64,000 bases of DNA from Phoronis australis (Eukaryota; Animalia; Phoronida): assembly GCA_002633005.1 (NCBI GenBank), contig NMRA01000028.1, forward strand, positions 1,616,177 through 1,680,176. The letters are read 5' to 3'. Made by a program: the position numbers and the translations under genes. The notes beneath the pieces are model-generated. The model did no database searches, was not told the DNA's origin, and was given only the letters and a program-made list of their open reading frames with translations. This document shows, piece after piece, positions 37,016-50,200 of this stretch (positions are counted from its first letter, which is position 1; every line of letters starts with the position of its first letter).

Positions 37016-38371
37016 ATATTATTCTGAGAACGTATAGGCGACCTTGAGGGCGCCAAATCGAGCTCTACATAATGTCCATTTCTGCTTCAAATCCAAAAAT
37101 TTTCATAAGTGGAAACTTCTATTCTCTATCGCTACTTCAACTTGTTATGACATGTGTTCAAAGACAGCTAGATTCTGCACACAATCATGCTATTCAACAA
37201 ACAAGATGACATGCGCGTAGTGCAAGCTGTGCCCAAGACTCCAACGGAATATAATGTGGCAAGTAAGACTGTTACACCAGTTAATTCAAGAAAAATCATA
37301 AGGGTGTCAGTTGAGAGTACACTTTGGCTATGTCTGTTTGATTGGGCCCATGTAGCGTAATGAAATGAATGTTCATACTGAGGTTGCTGAATGAGTTGAG
37401 CAATGTTTTCAGTTAAATTAAAATCTGAAATTAATGTAATAAATGCAAAGATATGAAGCTGTGCCACAAAATCTTGAAATGCTAGTTCTTGAAAACTAGA
37501 TGTTCTCAAAATAAAAACAATAATGTAAGTTGAGTTGATTCTTTAGAAACTTGCTTTTAATTTCATAGCCAACCACATAATCCTGTACCCTATGTAACAA
37601 GACTAATATTATAATTAATACTTCGTCCGCACCTGAAAGTATAGGATTTTTGCCTTTGAAATATTGCTGAGCTATCTATTTCCAAATAGCTTCATTGTGC
37701 TCACATAAATAAAACACGTTTGAGGTGGGGGGTTTCTAGTAAGTCTACATTTACTGTTATCAACTTTCTCGTGTACATATTTCATTGAAGACATGACTTC
37801 GATCTGTTTTTATGAGTTTAATTTCATTTTTTCAAACTCTTTAAATAGACATCTTGTCTTTACATCACAACAGTGCTATAAATATACAATCAACATCATT
37901 AGGTAACATAATTTACAAAGCGATATTTCGAGACACATATCTCATCTTCAGGCTACTATTTACATCTAGTTCACAGTGAAAGGCACATAAGAAATGACAA
38001 ATGCAATAGAACACGTGAAGTTGGCATGCGCAACTATGACGATAAAAACACACACAAAAACATACATGCATTGCTGTGCATCATAATGCACAGATAACTT
38101 AAATAATGATAGAGTCCTTCGAGTTCCAGAGAGTATATAACATGTATACAAGAAAGGTTACTGCCAAATTATAGTGTTATCAACTTTATTAATAGAAATT
38201 AGAACCAAGAAATTTTACTTGATTAGCACAAAATACTAATTGTACATGTGTCCTGAAGCAAAATGTGGTGGAATTCTAGGAGTGAGCTTTTGAAAAGGAA
38301 GAAATGACTAGTGAATTTTCATGTTTGAATTTGAAGAAATTCTATGGTACAAAGAAGAGTTGCTGTTTTAG

Positions 38372-38623
38372 GATCATGTGAGTGATGAAGATGAGGCGGG
38401 CCTCACCAATATGACCTTTGTGATGATGGGCAGTGAACAAGTAAGCAGCCAATTAAAGAGCCTCTTGGAGGAGAGTGACATCAAGGGGCCATACTTTGAG
38501 GTGGGCAGGTCAACAGGAGACATTAGTGCCAAGGTGGCCTTCCCTGACAAGTCAGCTGGACATATCAGCTTCGGTGTAAATGCCACAGACAATGGTGGAT
38601 TGTGGTCCACAACAAAAATCAGG
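38372..38623 (+). CDS. Cadherin exon 19, last cadherin repeat (DHVSDED...ATDNGG...KIR)
   Basis: ORF 38378..38674, phase 0-0. Confidence 0.9.
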
Positions 38624-38997
38624 GTGAGTACTTACTACGAGTCTGTGGTGCAAAGTTTTATTACTGGGGATTAGTTGGTATTGTATTATGGTGTGTGGCT
38701 GAATGCTGTGTTGTTGTTACAGCTACCACAAGCACAATTTTCTTGTTGTTTTTTTTGTGTTTAAACATTTACAAAAACATCAGAATATTGGACATTATGT
38801 CCAAGATGAGGCAAGAAACAATAATGATTCTGGATCCCTTGTTGACTGGGTGGAAAACTGTTGTTCAATGGTGTATTTCAAGAAGTTATCCCAAGGATTT
38901 ATTACACTACACATAACATCAGCTTTCCAAATGCTATTGATTGATTGTATCTTTACAACTGGTGTGAGAAGTCACAAAACTGTCTTTTTTACTACAG

Positions 38998-39086
38998 ATC
39001 TATCTGGTCACAGACAAGTCTAGAGTCAGGGTGATAATTAACAGGAAGCTGGATGATGTCAGCAAGAAAAAAGAAGACTACAAGGC
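38998..39086 (+). CDS. Cadherin exon 20, start of membrane-adjacent domain (IYLVTDKSRVRVII...)
   Basis: ag/gt bounded, phase 0-2, continues the frame. Confidence 0.85.
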
Positions 39087-40450
39087 GTATGTAGACTTTT
39101 GACTTATTGATTGTTTAAGTCAAGTTCTCTGGATCACTTACTTTATGTTTGTTATGAGTCACTTGAAAGTGTGTAATTGTGCTTATTTTATTTCATGCGG
39201 AATTGCTTAAACATAGGACGGTGTTCTGTTGATTATTGTAGTGGCACTGTCTCAAACTCGCGTTGTATTTGCAAATCCTCCAAAGAACAATTACTGTAGG
39301 GCAGATCACTGAGAGACGTGTGAATAAAGATATGTATATATTTTGAGACTGGTCAAGTCTCATATTCCAGCAGAAAGAAAATGAAGCAAGACTAGCAATT
39401 AGGCCAAAAAGTTGGTTCTCGTCTTTGCCCCGACTCATTTTGAAACCTATGCTCACTGATAAAAATGCCTGTATCAATTTCAACCAAGGTTTATTTTTTG
39501 TTGAAAAGCTGGACAAATGTGTGTAAACAAACCTGTTAACAAGGTTTGATATGTCATGATTTGCCATGTGATGAGTGAGAAAATCCAGCATCATTTTTAC
39601 TCGTCTCAGGTGGATATTCTATTTTGAAAAAGTGAGCAACTAAAAATAGTGCATTACTGAGTCGGTTTTCAAATAACAGAGGCCAGAACCAATTTGATTT
39701 TACAAGAGCAGGTCAGGAAATGGTCATTCAGTGTGTGCAAGCTAATGCATATATAATTATTTATATGTAATACAGAACACTATAGCACCTGCTGTACTTA
39801 CTGTTGTTCTTTTGGAGGATCAACGACTATGCCGCAACTTTGTGAGAGTGTCCATTAAAATTGTAAATAGACAACACAAATTCTGCGTACAAGAAAGGCA
39901 CTGTCAAGTAACGTTCGTATTCTTTTCACCGGATGTGGTTATTTCCCTCCAAAACTTCAACTTACTGCTCATTTTGAAATGATGACCTCATGTCGAAATG
40001 TTTTTCACAAAATTGTAAAGTACTTTAAGCACACTTTGTTTACCAATTACTGAATTATAATTATTTACTCTGTGGTTAAGTTTTGGAAATTTGTATAACC
40101 TCAGGATGGTGTAAAAGACATTTTATTATCAGTGCAGTGAAACTTTATCTTAGAATGAAATTTTCATGACTTGAATTGACGTATCATTCATTATGATTTG
40201 ATCTGTTGATTTTAAATGAAGTGTACGTGTAACTGGTGTATATGCTTTCTTGAAAGTGTGGTAATTTACTTATTGTACAATGTAAATGTATTGTATTTAA
40301 GAAGGTGTGTACGTTAATTGCAACGCAGCAGCCATTTCCAAGGCTTTGACCATCTTATCCATGACGAGGCATGTGACATTTGATGAAATGAGCCAAAACT
40401 GATGTAATAGTACTAAAATGTTAACCACGCTTTTTCGTGGTTTACTGCAG

Positions 40451-40534
40451 GTTCTTCCAGAATATGACAGGGTTGATCGTCAACATTGACAGTATTGCTA
40501 CACACACAGAGGGTAATAAGAAAGTAGAGTCACG
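40451..40534 (+). CDS. Cadherin exon 21 (FFQNMTGLIVNIDSIATH...)
   Basis: ctgcag/gtaag, phase 2-2; NxTGxxVNID motif typical of CDH23-group membrane-adjacent domain. Confidence 0.88.
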
Positions 40535-41191
40535 GTAAGCAAAACATGCCTTTAAGCTCGTGTACATGATAACTATTTCTGTTCTTAAGTACAGTACACG
40601 CCTAAAATGATCAGATGACCCTAAATTCCAGTCATGACGCCTGGACAAAACCCCTACTCATCGTCAGAGTAGTTTTCCCTTATGACCCAGAATGAAGTAG
40701 AATTAACAGAAAGGTTAGTGAGGTGTCTAAGCTATTCTGTTTTTAGAATTTTCTCCCAGTATTACTTATTACACATCATTTTTGTTTATAATAGAATCAG
40801 TCGTCATGACGCCGAAACGGTATTTCGTCTGATTGCTTTTGTCGTGTACTGTAGCACCTGATGAGCATTTTGTGCTTTGTTGTAACTGTGTTTTTGTTAG
40901 GTAAGATTTGCTCATGGTATGTTATTTGCACATTGATGCAACTTGGAAGCTCTTATAATTTTTGTTCATGATTAAGCATGGACAAGGCTCAGTCTCAATG
41001 AGGAGGGTGTACCATCAAGGAGAACTGAGAATAAATAGTGTTAATGGTTTTGGAAATACCATGTCCTCGAGGCAAGGAAATGAATTCAGAATCTCCTTGT
41101 TGAGCTTCAATCACTAAGCACTGGGCACTCGGCAACTGTTTTGCATAGCATAGTTTTCCAGTTAGATTAGTTAAGAATTGCCCGGCATTAA

Positions 41192-42521
41192 AGGCGAAGG
41201 CAACCTCTTTTCATGTCATTTTTAACAAAACTAAAGCTCGTTGATTATCCCAGACATATTTTTCACTTATTTACCGCTTTTCGTAATTTAATTAATTACT
41301 AGTCGTCTACTCCGGAAGTGACGTTTTGGGAGGCAAGAATTTCGTGCCAATTTCTTTTCATATAGTCTGACTGTGAGAGCAGTCTAGTCGGTCATTGTTC
41401 TACCTCGGTTGTGATAAGTTCGGTTGTTGTTTGCTTTTGCTTACGAGTCAGTCAACATGCCACGCTGTTGCTGCGTACTAGGGTGTACTCATTATCGTCT
41501 GACGTACAGAGGAAGAACTGTCCCACTTGCCCGAGTGTCCCACGACACACTCCATTGGAGGGTGATCTGAGCACCCAAACTGCTTAGATCCCGCCGTGTG
41601 ACTCCCTCGCCACACACCTGGCACTTTCTAAATAGCTCCAATACAAGTCCACATTAAACTTATCAAACTTAGGCTCACCGATCTGTTCATCGGATGACGA
41701 ACTGTCCTCTTCACTGGGTGTCGAACTGGGCCTGTATTCACTCCCACTACTCAACATCGCTGCAGGGCTGCTTACAGGCTCTGGGTTAGAGACAACAGCA
41801 CGGGGAGAATCACTGCTAGTTCCCGGAATTGCACGCAATGGGGTACGTTCGGAGGCATGGGTGACAGTAGATGAAGTGCCTCCAGTCACTGTATATAGTG
41901 GCCACAGCTCGCGAGGCTTCTCGCTTCAAAAATGCACTTCTCGGGGTTGGCGACGGGGCACTGCCGGGAATCAACAGCAACAGTATGGTACCCTTCTTCA
42001 GACGTTGTTTCGCAGGGACCTTCATCAATTCAGCGTACATATCTGTCATAATCTGACAGCAGAAAATGCTTGCCACACACTCGGTAACCCTCCACTGCTT
42101 TGTACGTTGTGTGGACGGGTAGCGCTGCGTTCTTCGCATGAACGAGCTAGCCAAGTATGGCGAGGTGTGTCATCCTTCGGAAAGCGACGTAAGGTACCCA
42201 AAGCGCGTGTGAGACGATAATGAGTACATCCCGGCACGCAGCAACAGCGTGGCATGTTGACTGACTTGTAAACAAAAGCAAACGACAACCAAACTTATCA
42301 CAACCGAGGTAGAACAATGACTGACTCGACAGCCCTCACAGTCAGACTACAATGAAAAGAAATTGGCGCGAAACTCTTGCCTCCCAAAACGTCACTTCCG
42401 GAGTAGAGGACAAGAAATTAATCAAATTACGAAAAGCTGTAATTAAGTGAAAAATGTGTCTGGGATAATCAACGAACCTTATTTTTGCTAAAAGTGACAT
42501 GAAAAAAGGTGGCCTTCGCCT
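41192..42521 (-). mobile_element. Kolobok-type element C with TIRs of about 310 bp and a frameshifted 5' transposase relic
   Basis: TTAA at 41188-41191 and 42522-42525; termini AGGCGAAGGC; - strand THAP (MPRCCCVPGC...RFPKD...W...RLKKG), then SEYRPS..EPKF, LELFRKCQVCG and CVVGHSGKWDS across frameshifts. Confidence 0.9.
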
Positions 42522-42573
42522 TTAATTTGTGGCTACTTTGTATCTAACAGCGCGAAATGTGTTTTAATTGCAG

Positions 42574-42636
42574 AACGGATATGTACATTCATGCTGTGAA
42601 AGATAACGAGGTGCTCACATCGGGTGAACTTTTAGA
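42574..42636 (+). CDS. Cadherin exon 22 (TDMYIHAVKDNEVLTSGELL)
   Basis: ttgcag/gtaag, phase 2-2. Confidence 0.85.
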
Positions 42637-43232
42637 GTAAGTAAAATTACTGAAGTACTTGACTGGGAATGTGCGAGTTGTAGGAAAGTGCTGGGCTAGA
42701 GTGTTATTGGCCAATACTCTCTGTTGTTCACTGTCACTTAAGCATTGATTACCATTACAAAGGGTTGGTTTATTTTCAGCAATTACCCAGCTGGTTCAGT
42801 TTAAGTTGAAACGCTTTTTCAAATTGTGGCAGGACACTATTTGCAGTGTTAGCTATTCATATTCCAATGCCCGTTCAGTCATCTGATGCTATGCCATCTG
42901 TTGACACGTAGATGTCCATGTGGGGGACCCGAGTGAAAACCTCAGGGTTTGGAAAGTTGAGTCGGGTAGTTTTAGGTGAGCGGCTGTGTCATTTTTTGAC
43001 TGCTGCGAAATACTTGGCTAGACTGCTGGCTTATTTATTTAGCTATCGTTTCACTTTGAGCTTGTGATGAAAGAAATATGTTAGATAGACAACAAGACAA
43101 CAGAGATGTCTAAGTTGTGGAAAACATGGTGTGTTTGTCTTGTTGTTGTGTGACTTGTAGCCACTGGTACTTGATATGTAAGCTGTTTGTACTAGATAAT
43201 GAGTTAATGTACGATCCACTTGTACTCAACAG

Positions 43233-43302
43233 TGTTATAGATGATAAGTTCTCAGGTCAAGAGGCTCGATGGCAAGGTGAATTCTATATTATTGAAGTTC
43301 AG
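43233..43302 (+). CDS. Cadherin exon 23 (VIDDKFSG...IIEVQ)
   Basis: Within ORF 43117..43353, phase 2-0. Confidence 0.8.
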
Positions 43303-43751
43303 GTAAGTTTTGTGAGAAAGTGTCTTATTATATTCTTGTTCAGCATCCTATAGAGCATCAGAGAAACTACATCTTGTTTAAGGTTGTGTAGGTTCTTATC
43401 AACAAGTCTGTGTGTTTTAATAGCCAATTATCTACAAAATTGTAAATTTTAACTCAATAAAAATATATTTTCTGAAAGTAAAAAAACTGTTGAATTACTT
43501 TGTTTTGATTTGTGTCAGTCTACCATTAATTGGTTCAGGTGACTGTTTGTAGCAAAATTTTGCAAAAAGGATAAGTTAGAACATTGATAGCAAAACAACA
43601 GTTTTAATGATTAATACAAATTTCAAGATGAAATCTCAAATACCTGTTAAACCTTTTTAAATTTATCTGAAAATAATCAAAATTAATGTGAACAAAACTA
43701 ATGTGAACAAAAGAGCAGAATATACACATAACTGATAGTTATTGAGATAAT

Positions 43752-43876
43752 TTCTATGAATTATTTCTAGACCATGATGCACTCATAATTACTTAGCTAA
43801 ACCTTTATCCTGTGATGTGGGAGCATACGATCAAATTTCTGTTGTAAGTCTAAAGTCTCTTTCATGAAACAGGCCT
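43752..43876. mobile_element. Partial copy of the MITE at 61520-61774
   Basis: Shares AATTATTTCTAGACYRTGATGCACTCATAATTACTT...CAAATTTCTGT...TTTCAYGAAACA. Confidence 0.7.
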
Positions 43877-43935
43877 CAGGTTTTTAATAAAAAGCATACA
43901 GCGGTTTGTGAAATTCTTTCTCTGTTATATTTCAG

Positions 43936-44078
43936 CCTGCTCTAGACTCCAAGACCAGCGCGCAGTCAGCCAGTGAGATGTATGAAAGGGTTTACATCCC
44001 AATCGCCGTGGCGATCATTGCCTTCCTGTTTCTGTTGTTACTGCTTCTCATATTCCTTATGTGGACGTACAGGAAAAG
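43936..44078 (+). CDS. Cadherin exon 24, transmembrane helix (VYIPIAVAIIAFLFLLLLLLIFLMW)
   Basis: Hydrophobic stretch of about 25 aa followed by TYRK, phase 0-2. Confidence 0.92.
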
Positions 44079-44611
44079 GTAACTAACATTGTAATTTCAG
44101 AAATTTCTGCGCAACATTTTGACATAAATTGTGGGTGAAAATGATCACTCAATTCTTGTATAATAGTTTTAGAGAAATGCAAATTAGTGTTTATTATACA
44201 CAATATGCGTGTTTTAAGCCTATGCGCCTAAATCTGATAATCATTTATTTTTTTTGCATATACGCGCATGTACCAAAGTTTCAGTTGTAGCCACAAGTGG
44301 CCATTTCTTATATATTTGTATGCTGTTAAGTGGTTGTTTTTGTGTCTCATTTGTCTAAATAGTAAACTTAAACATGACAAAATATATCTTTTTGTAACAA
44401 ACAAGCCAAGCTTCACTCACATGTTCATTTGGTCACTGCGAAATTACTACTAAGGCTAAGGCCTTCCATGTCTGACTGACTACACTGCACATTGTCTTAG
44501 TTTGAAGAAGGTGACCTTTAAAATGTGAGCTTCTATGCAGACTCATGCAAGACTTGCACTCTGTTCTGACTGACTTGTGTGTTGTAAACATTGCACTTGT
44601 TTCTGTTGCAG

Positions 44612-44652
44612 CTACCGGAGAAAGCTAAGAGCTGCAACTGCAATAGCATTCA
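44612..44652 (+). CDS. Cadherin exon 25 (YRRKLRAATAIAF)
   Basis: Juxtamembrane motif of CDH23-group cadherins, phase 2-1. Confidence 0.88.
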
Positions 44653-44746
44653 GTAAGTCTTTGAACTCTGTTCACCATGCTTCAAGTAGTAATGTTACAG
44701 TCACCTGTTTACACAATAATTAAAATAACATGGTTGTTCCTGTTTA

Positions 44747-44925
44747 AAAATTTTCATCGTTGTCTCCTGTGATGATGGTAAAAACGAGAGAAGTTACTGA
44801 CTAGGAAACATACAGTTAGTTGAGCATAACGTTTCAAACCTGCAAGGGCCTGAGCTGCAGGCTTTAAATGTTATGCTCAACTAACTATACGTCTGTTACT
44901 AAGTTTCTTCTCTCATTTTTACCAT
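44747..44925. repeat. Palindromic insert flanked by an 18-bp direct repeat
   Basis: CATGGTTGTTCCTGTTTA at 44729-44746 and 44923-44940; perfect 17-bp inverted arms 44814-44830 / 44870-44886. Confidence 0.85.
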
Positions 44926-46270
44926 GGTTGTTCCTGTTTACTGATACCAGTAGTTTGGGATGAACACTTTGTAAATAATTTTATCAGTCCTTATTGTATT
45001 CTGAAGGTCATTCCTCACCACCTCGAAACTTAAATTTCATGATCACCCTTGAACTAGACATGTTGTTGATTGGGGGGTTGTAAATGTTTTGTGCTTTAAA
45101 CCCTGGACTATCTTTTAACAGCTAACGTTGACTTCACTCTACATGGCATGGATATTGGTGAAAGTGGTAATGACTTGTCACAATATAGTTTATCTTTGTT
45201 TTCAGTTTTTAACTTGTTAAATTCTATCGTCGTTGAGTTTTCTTTAAGATTTAAGCTCATATGGGTTGTTCATGTTTTAAAGATTTGTAATAATGTGTGA
45301 CTGATTTTAATAGTGCTATTTTTTCACCATTTGTGGCATCAGAACTCGAAACCTCATATTTTGTAACTATTTTTTTTAAGTGATATATATTTATTGAAGA
45401 ATATACAGAACATACAAAGAAATAATAACAAACCCAGAAACCGCGAAGCATTATATCTGGGTTGTAAACAATTCATAAATACTTAGATATGCTATTACAA
45501 ATGTATAAAAACAAAAATATGTACAGATTCATGTATAGAAATCAGATGCAACAATATTGATAAACTGTACATAAAAATTTACTAACATTGCTTAGGAGGA
45601 ATTCATTGAGAACGAAGTCAAGGTTAGGACTACCATTCAATAATAATGTAACTCTAGTAGGGATATTATTACAAGACTCGAGAGCGTTAACAATTGATTG
45701 GTTTTCATTGAGTGCACGAAAGAGTGAGTCTCTCAGGTATTCGATGAGGGGACATTTGAAGAAAATATGAGGATAAGACTGATGGTCACCACATTTACAG
45801 TTTGGAGAGACATTACTAAAGTTGTGCCTGAACTTGTCAGAGTAACTAGTTTGCTGTGTTCATGGACAGAACTTTTATGTGTGCTTTTTAAAATATACAG
45901 TGTAACATTTCAGTTATTTTTATACTTCATTGTTGCATGTAACCATGGTATTTTAATCAAGGCATGTAGTTATTTTTTCAATTTTCATGGATTATCTTTT
46001 TTGGTAAAAATCAGATTTTATTGCTATGAGTCGTGATTGCAGTTTTTCATACCATTGTTTTTATGGGAGCTGCAGTATCCCTGACAAGGAAGGCGTATTC
46101 ATTTCCGTTTCATTGTAGCTTGTTAAAGCCATGTATACCCTCTGCATATATTGTCAGCATTTTGTCCTGGCCCACCAAAGTTCTCTGAGACCCATTAGTG
46201 AAAGTCAAAGCTTGGCAGCCAATGAGATATCAGAATCTAATACACTTCTGTCTGTTTAATTTTGTTTCAG

Positions 46271-46337
46271 GTACAGATGAGAGGGATGGCCTTAACCAGC
46301 TAGAGATGCCTGGCACTAACCAACATACATTTGAAGG
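46271..46337 (+). CDS. Cadherin exon 26 (TDERDGLNQLEMPGTNQHTFE)
   Basis: PxTN motif, phase 1-2. Confidence 0.9.
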
Positions 46338-47139
46338 GTGAGAATACATCTTCTAGTCATTTCTGACAAACTACTAATCACGCTCAGTGTAGGAGCATTT
46401 GAATCAGAGCTGTGTTCATCATCACTCACTAGCAGTCAATTTCTGAGCCTCGTTATTTATTCATATTGGGAGGGCGATTAGAAATTTTGTGGTAACCACA
46501 GAGTTTTTCCTTTGCGTGTATTTCAAAAATCGTGAATTTTTGTGATTTTTTATGGAAATTTCCTCACATAGGAAAGTGAATTACTGTGTACTAGTCGTTG
46601 CGATATGGTTCTTTCGTCAGGAATTGTTTAAAAGATTTTTTTGACGAGCTTTCGCATTCCATGCCTCTTTAAATAACTTCAAGATGCAAAGCATTGGGTG
46701 CGTGCAAACCTCTGTCAAGACATCATAGCTTAATCCATTCCGAGCCTCTCTTCAAAGTTTCCCCACAATGTTTTGAGTTAAAACCTGGTAGTTGACTAAC
46801 AAACCTAGTGGCATGTTCGAAAGCCCAAAGGTATATAGCCTCCTTCCGTGGATTTCTTAGCAGAGGTAATCACATAGTTAATCTGCCTAGGTCATTATCA
46901 CAATTTTTGAGATCCGAAAGCCCACATATTGAGACTGGTGAATTTCAATAAATGTGTAATAACTTACAGATACTTGCTGTGTTGAGCATGCCTTTGGCAT
47001 CATGTCAACTCTTGTTATTGTCTTGGTAAACATATGTCAGACTACATGTACTATTTAAAGAATGGGAGTAGGACCCCCACTCTGTACTGCTCACGATAAA
47101 ATTTACTGGCATTTATTACAAGGGCACTGTAGGCATTTA

Positions 47140-47280
47140 CCGTAATCGTTCAGGTTAACGCCCTGGGCGGTTAAATTGGCAAATCCAAAAAATCGGGGGA
47201 GGGCGGTTAACCGAGCAGTGGGCGGTTAAATCGAAAATCCACTTAAAGTCGGGGATGGGCGGTTAACCGAACGATTACGG
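47140..47280. mobile_element. 141-bp Tc1/mariner-type MITE
   Basis: TA-CCGTAATCGTTC...GAACGATTACGG-TA; four GGGCGGTTA subterminal motifs. Confidence 0.85.
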
Positions 47281-50200
47281 TATGTTGCATTTTTTATTCA
47301 CTCGTCACATTTGTTGCTCCTATGAATAGCTGTGAATGAAGCATTTTGATGCATGACAGTGAAAGAGCACATTGTTTTGGGGTCACCTGTGTTATCAGGG
47401 CTAAATGATCAAACACAATAAGCTGGGTTGCACCAGGACTTAACCCATATCCTTAAGCCAATGAAACTAAATTTTCCTTCATATTTTTGCCTATTTAGCA
47501 CACAATATGGCAAACGAGTGAAATAGCCATTTCCTGGTATGCGGGCGATAGAATGAAATGTACTTTTATTGCTAGATGGTAATATAATACCAGCTGGACA
47601 ATGTTCAACACCAGCTACATTACACTTATGTGATGATGGCAGTGGGGGTGGGATTTCTTGTTTTTTTTTCATATAATTTTCCATTATCATGCCATTACCA
47701 CTGCGAGGCAGATGAGTCACTTAAATAAGTCTAACATCGCAAAATGTCAGCGAATAAAAGATTTTGCGTTTTATTGTCCTTCGCTGTGTGAAGCATGCAT
47801 ATTTATGTACATCAGTACATATGTACATTTCGAATACTTAACACAGTGTTGCTGGATCGATATCTTAAAAAGGAGCTTTAGTTTTTGTTCATGTTTTGTA
47901 CGAAACTGAGGGATCTCCAGGCACCAGTCGATTTCAGTAAAATTAATTTTGTTTTCATTGTCCGTGAGAAATTTAAGACTAACTTAAAAATATGTTGTTC
48001 TTGTAATAACAAGAAAAATGATTTTCTTCATGTTTTGTATCAAGGTGTAGGTTGGACATTTCCAGGCACCAGTAAGTTGAATTTGGTGACCTTGACTACG
48101 CTTTCAAGGTCATGACAAGAAATTCACGAGATACTGTGCAAAAGCGAAAGAAGGAAGCATAACATTAAATATTTTGCGCAAACAGGATTAAGTCGGATGT
48201 TTGCTGTTATATCTTGTCAAATTTCTTAACAAAAGTGAAGAATAAGACAACTTCATCTCAATCATAAAATGATTATTGGTAGCAAAGAAGTTAATGACCT
48301 CTGAAAAATAGGAAATCATACCACTGACAGATATTTAGGTTAAAACTCTGCAATACCAATGAATACCAAGTGTGGAAGACAAACACTTGGCAATTTGCTT
48401 GTTAGAGAAGAGCTTTACATTTGCATGCCCAAAGCGCTGTAGGGGAATGTAATCTGTAATCCTGTTTAATTGTCACGATGCTCAGTCATTGGTCCACCCT
48501 GGTTATGCTTAGTTGAGAAAGTCTACGTCTTTACTTTTTGTCAAATCGTGTTCCAAAAGATTATGTCAAAATTGTGAGACATATTTACATATTTTTTTTT
48601 CTGAAATACTTCTGCTTTTTTCATAGGTGTATAAAAGAGCTGAATTCTTCGTTTTAAGGGAAATGTCAGGTTTCAGTTTTGTAATATGTTGTCTAGTATT
48701 TATTTGCCACACCAGATTTGCATGCTATGTGACCAATGGACAAAATACTGACGGAGTAAGATTTCAAATCTGCATGAGCTGTGGGTATCCTTAGTGTTGT
48801 ATGGAAAACAAATAAAATGTATGTGATGGACAACCATCTTTGGTTTCAAGATATTATTACATCTCATCAGGCATGTTGTATGCCTGACAAGTTTTTATGT
48901 TACTTTGCACTCAGAAACATCAAGATGGCGATTTTCTGCAGTATCTGTTCATTGATGACATTTTTTATCATCTTTGAAATATTGTTTGCTATGCAGCAAT
49001 GCTCTTATTGCGAATGCACAACAAAATGTTTGATTTGTAAGTTGTTAAGTCATTGTTCACTACACAGTTCACACATTCGTGTTTCTAAATATTCAGAATC
49101 TCACAGACTCCGTTCTTATCAGAGTATGAGTTTTTTGAATCAGGGAATTTGTCTTACAAATGGATATGTCTGCATTTGGAATGCTGAAGTCGGGTATCTA
49201 AACCATTGCATGTACTGAACACTAAGACCAATCTTAAAGTTTGGAAAGTTCACCTAACTGGGAAATTCTATGGTATATTCAAGAGACAGGCTTTAGTATT
49301 TGGAACTAAATTCAGTTGCTTGGCTTCTTGACTTGGGTATTTGTACAGACCAGTAGCACCTGAGGCAAGTTTTTCAGTTTGGCTTTATACGATATGTTGA
49401 GTACAGAATTTGACGCATCTCGACAGAAAAACCCAAAAATTTTAGCACTTTTTGGATTGAGATTTTACTGTAAGTAAATTCAATGGTTTGTAGTGTCAAT
49501 ACTGAGTTTAGAAGGCTGGTTGTCAAGCATACATATGTTATCGATCATTATGGGATAAGCTGCCATGAGGACAGTAAATGAACAATGTGACCTTCCTTTC
49601 AAGCTTTTCCCACTGTGTTTGTTGATGCACTGTTTAGCACATACGTTCCTTTGAGCAGAAGTTGGTGAACTTCGAAAATTCTCCACCCTTTTCATCTCTT
49701 GTTTGGAAGTGTCCCATTCATAAATCTTTACATCTGTGTGTGTCTTGAATGTTCTGTGTACAAGCTTGTGCAAGACTTCACCCTTTCATCAAGGGTATAG
49801 CTGAAGCTCAACCATCTGTGGAACGAAGGTTCAAAATGTGGCCAACAGGTGACTTTTGTCTAGCCCTCAACACTTCCCGAATCATCGCTGATTTTTCTCA
49901 CTTGCTTTGAGCCTGTTATCAATAGCTGACCGTATATGCTGACCTCGTGCTTTCTGAGTTATGAAGTGAAAGACAGTAAATGAATTAAAAAAGGAGAATA
50001 AATTGGCTACTGTAGACCTCAAATGCTGATGGGGGAATTTGCACTTGTCCTGCTCCACGTGCTATATGGCTGCAAGACATGTTTCAATGAAGAATCCATT
50101 GTGTATTTGTGTCTTCACCGATTGAAGATTTTTTCATTATTATTCACTGTCCTATGTGAAGAATATTGGATGTCCCAAAGGCAACAGACATTTGAATAGG

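Noticed and set aside
36121-37067. hAT-like element around the palindrome
   Set aside because: Only ATTTGGCG is shared between the candidate ends; no clear TIR or TSD.
48781-49218. 145-aa intronic ORF
   Set aside because: GTG start, Cys/Phe-rich random composition, no splice-phase need in the cadherin model.
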